A stretch of DNA of 64,000 bases from Lophium mytilinum (taxonomy: Eukaryota): contig MU004198.1 of NCBI GenBank assembly GCA_010093605.1, positions 622,726 to 686,725 on the forward strand. The letters run 5' to 3'. The position numbers and the translations under genes were made by a program. Under the pieces are notes generated by a model. It did not search any database, was not told the origin of the DNA, and saw only the letters and a list, made by a program, of their open reading frames with translations. Positions within the stretch are counted from its first letter, which is position 1, and every line of letters starts with the position of its first letter. Below are positions 62,601-64,000 of the stretch, piece by piece.

Positions 62601-63401
62601 AAGAAGCCTGAAAGGTTAGCCTTGAAGGCTGCTGTGCCTTTGCCCTTTGCCACCAGAGGATATTCCGTGATATCATTCTAGACCCAATTAGTAACATTCC
62701 AGGCACCACAGTTCCCTCACTCACTGCTTGGTATTCCTCTTGTATGTCCGTCAACTTTGTCGCGCAGCTATCAGGGTCTTCTATGTCGTGGAAGTCGACC
62801 TTTGAATTACATCCAGCGCATTTTAGGACAAGATTGACGATTTCGGCGACCGCTAAGGACTCGTTTTCGTTGAAACTGCTGATCCATCGGGCCGCGACGT
62901 CGTTTAGGTCATCTCCGCTCGTGAATACCTCAGCTATGGAAAGGTGTTAGTCATGCGCGTCAGAGCAGACAAAAATTGGCATCTACCATAGAGTCCCTCG
63001 GCCTCGCCAGGATCCACCATCTTCACTGTCCTGGCCTTCCGAGGCTTCTTCTGCTTCGGGGCAGCAGGCCGGATAGCCAAACTGACTTCGCCATTCGTCT
63101 TGCTCTTCTTGGGCGCGGGCTTGCGCGGGGCGATCGCCTTCTTCTTTTTCGCCCGCTTCTTCTCTCGGAGCTCCTCCTCGTCCGGCTCCCCCTCGCTCTC
63201 CTCGTCGCTCACCTCGTCGGACGCGTCGTCCATGTCTTCATCATCGTCTCCGTCGCGCTTGCGCTTCACGCTGCCGGAGGGGCTCGAGGCAGCGGCGAGG
63301 AGCTCGGGCTTCTTCACGACGCGTCCAGACTTGCGCCGGGTGGCGGTGGAGGGCTCCGCTTCCGGCGAGGATAACTCCATGCTGGAGTTGCGGGCGGGCA
63401 T
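59654..63401 (-). CDS. SCC3: Cohesin subunit Scc3/Psc3/Irr1 (STAG domain)
   Basis: MSSASNRPFRHTAT, FIHRYRDVDPKIRVDCIEAL, HLRYLGWVLSD, FTERFRTRIVEMA; two 5' introns. Confidence 0.94.
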
Positions 63402-64000
63402 TTATTGTCGTCGGAATGGGGGGAGCAGATATTCGCGGTGGCGCAGAGTGGTGTCGTGTTGTTGTGCGGAACCTGGAAGACGCGCTGGCGCTTGGGCTCC
63501 AGTTCGCTCAGGGATTGCTAGCAGTGGCTTGGCGAGGGGCTCAACCTCGACCGCTGCCTGGGATGAATGCGCGTCAATGAGCGAGCAGACAATACGGCGC
63601 TTCTTAATGTGTGATACGGGTGAATTTGTGTTGATATGGCGGTTGACGGCGCACGATAGGACGACAAAGTTGATCTCAGGAGTCGGCTCCGGTTGCCCGT
63701 CTAGATGCTTTGCCCCTCCATCCACCTTCATTACCACCTCTTCACAAGATATCGAGAGCCTTCGGTGCACGAATAGATTATTCATTTGTTCTACAGTACT
63801 AGGAGTCAAGTCTGGGTAAGCCATCTTTTCTTCCTCACCGAGTTCTATGATAAGGTGCTAGGGCACTACAAAACAGGGCAAGTATCCTCATGATCAGCGT
63901 GTGGAAATCCTCCAATTCAAGCAAGCGGGGGATTGACGTGGTGTTATCATTTTTAAACCTGTTTAAAACTACACTGCATGGAGTTGATTAAGCTCACGTT

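Overview
Eukaryotic DNA from a filamentous ascomycete (Pezizomycotina), judged from short GT-AG introns with CTRAC branch points and a RIP-type mutational signature. The left part (1-25 kb) looks accessory. It holds an amidase (partial), a TauD-like 2OG-Fe(II) dioxygenase and a strongly diverged nicotinate phosphoribosyltransferase-like gene. These are followed by a ~10 kb AT-rich RIP-degraded transposon nest: a full-length Ty1/copia element with 257-bp LTRs and a TTTAT TSD, two solo LTRs and a probable hAT relic. After the nest come a bacterial-type beta-propeller-like gene, a HET gene with one TAG at its conserved Trp, a pogo-like MITE, a tiny S24/S26-peptidase-like gene, a bacterial-type PI-PLC and a Ca2+/H+ exchanger. 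The right part (26-64 kb) is mostly core genes: NAD kinase, PARG-type macrodomain, F-box-like, cullin-4, two disrupted tandem MYND/SET paralogs, MFS transporter, MGM1, DUG3, importin alpha, POT1, UPF0643-like and cohesin SCC3. The best leads are the amidase/dioxygenase/atypical PRTase cluster, premature stops falling on Trp codons (RIP versus restorative A-to-I editing), bacterial-like genes near the transposon nest, and a 71-bp repeat array between importin alpha and POT1. All calls come from motif recognition by eye, and exon boundaries are approximate.
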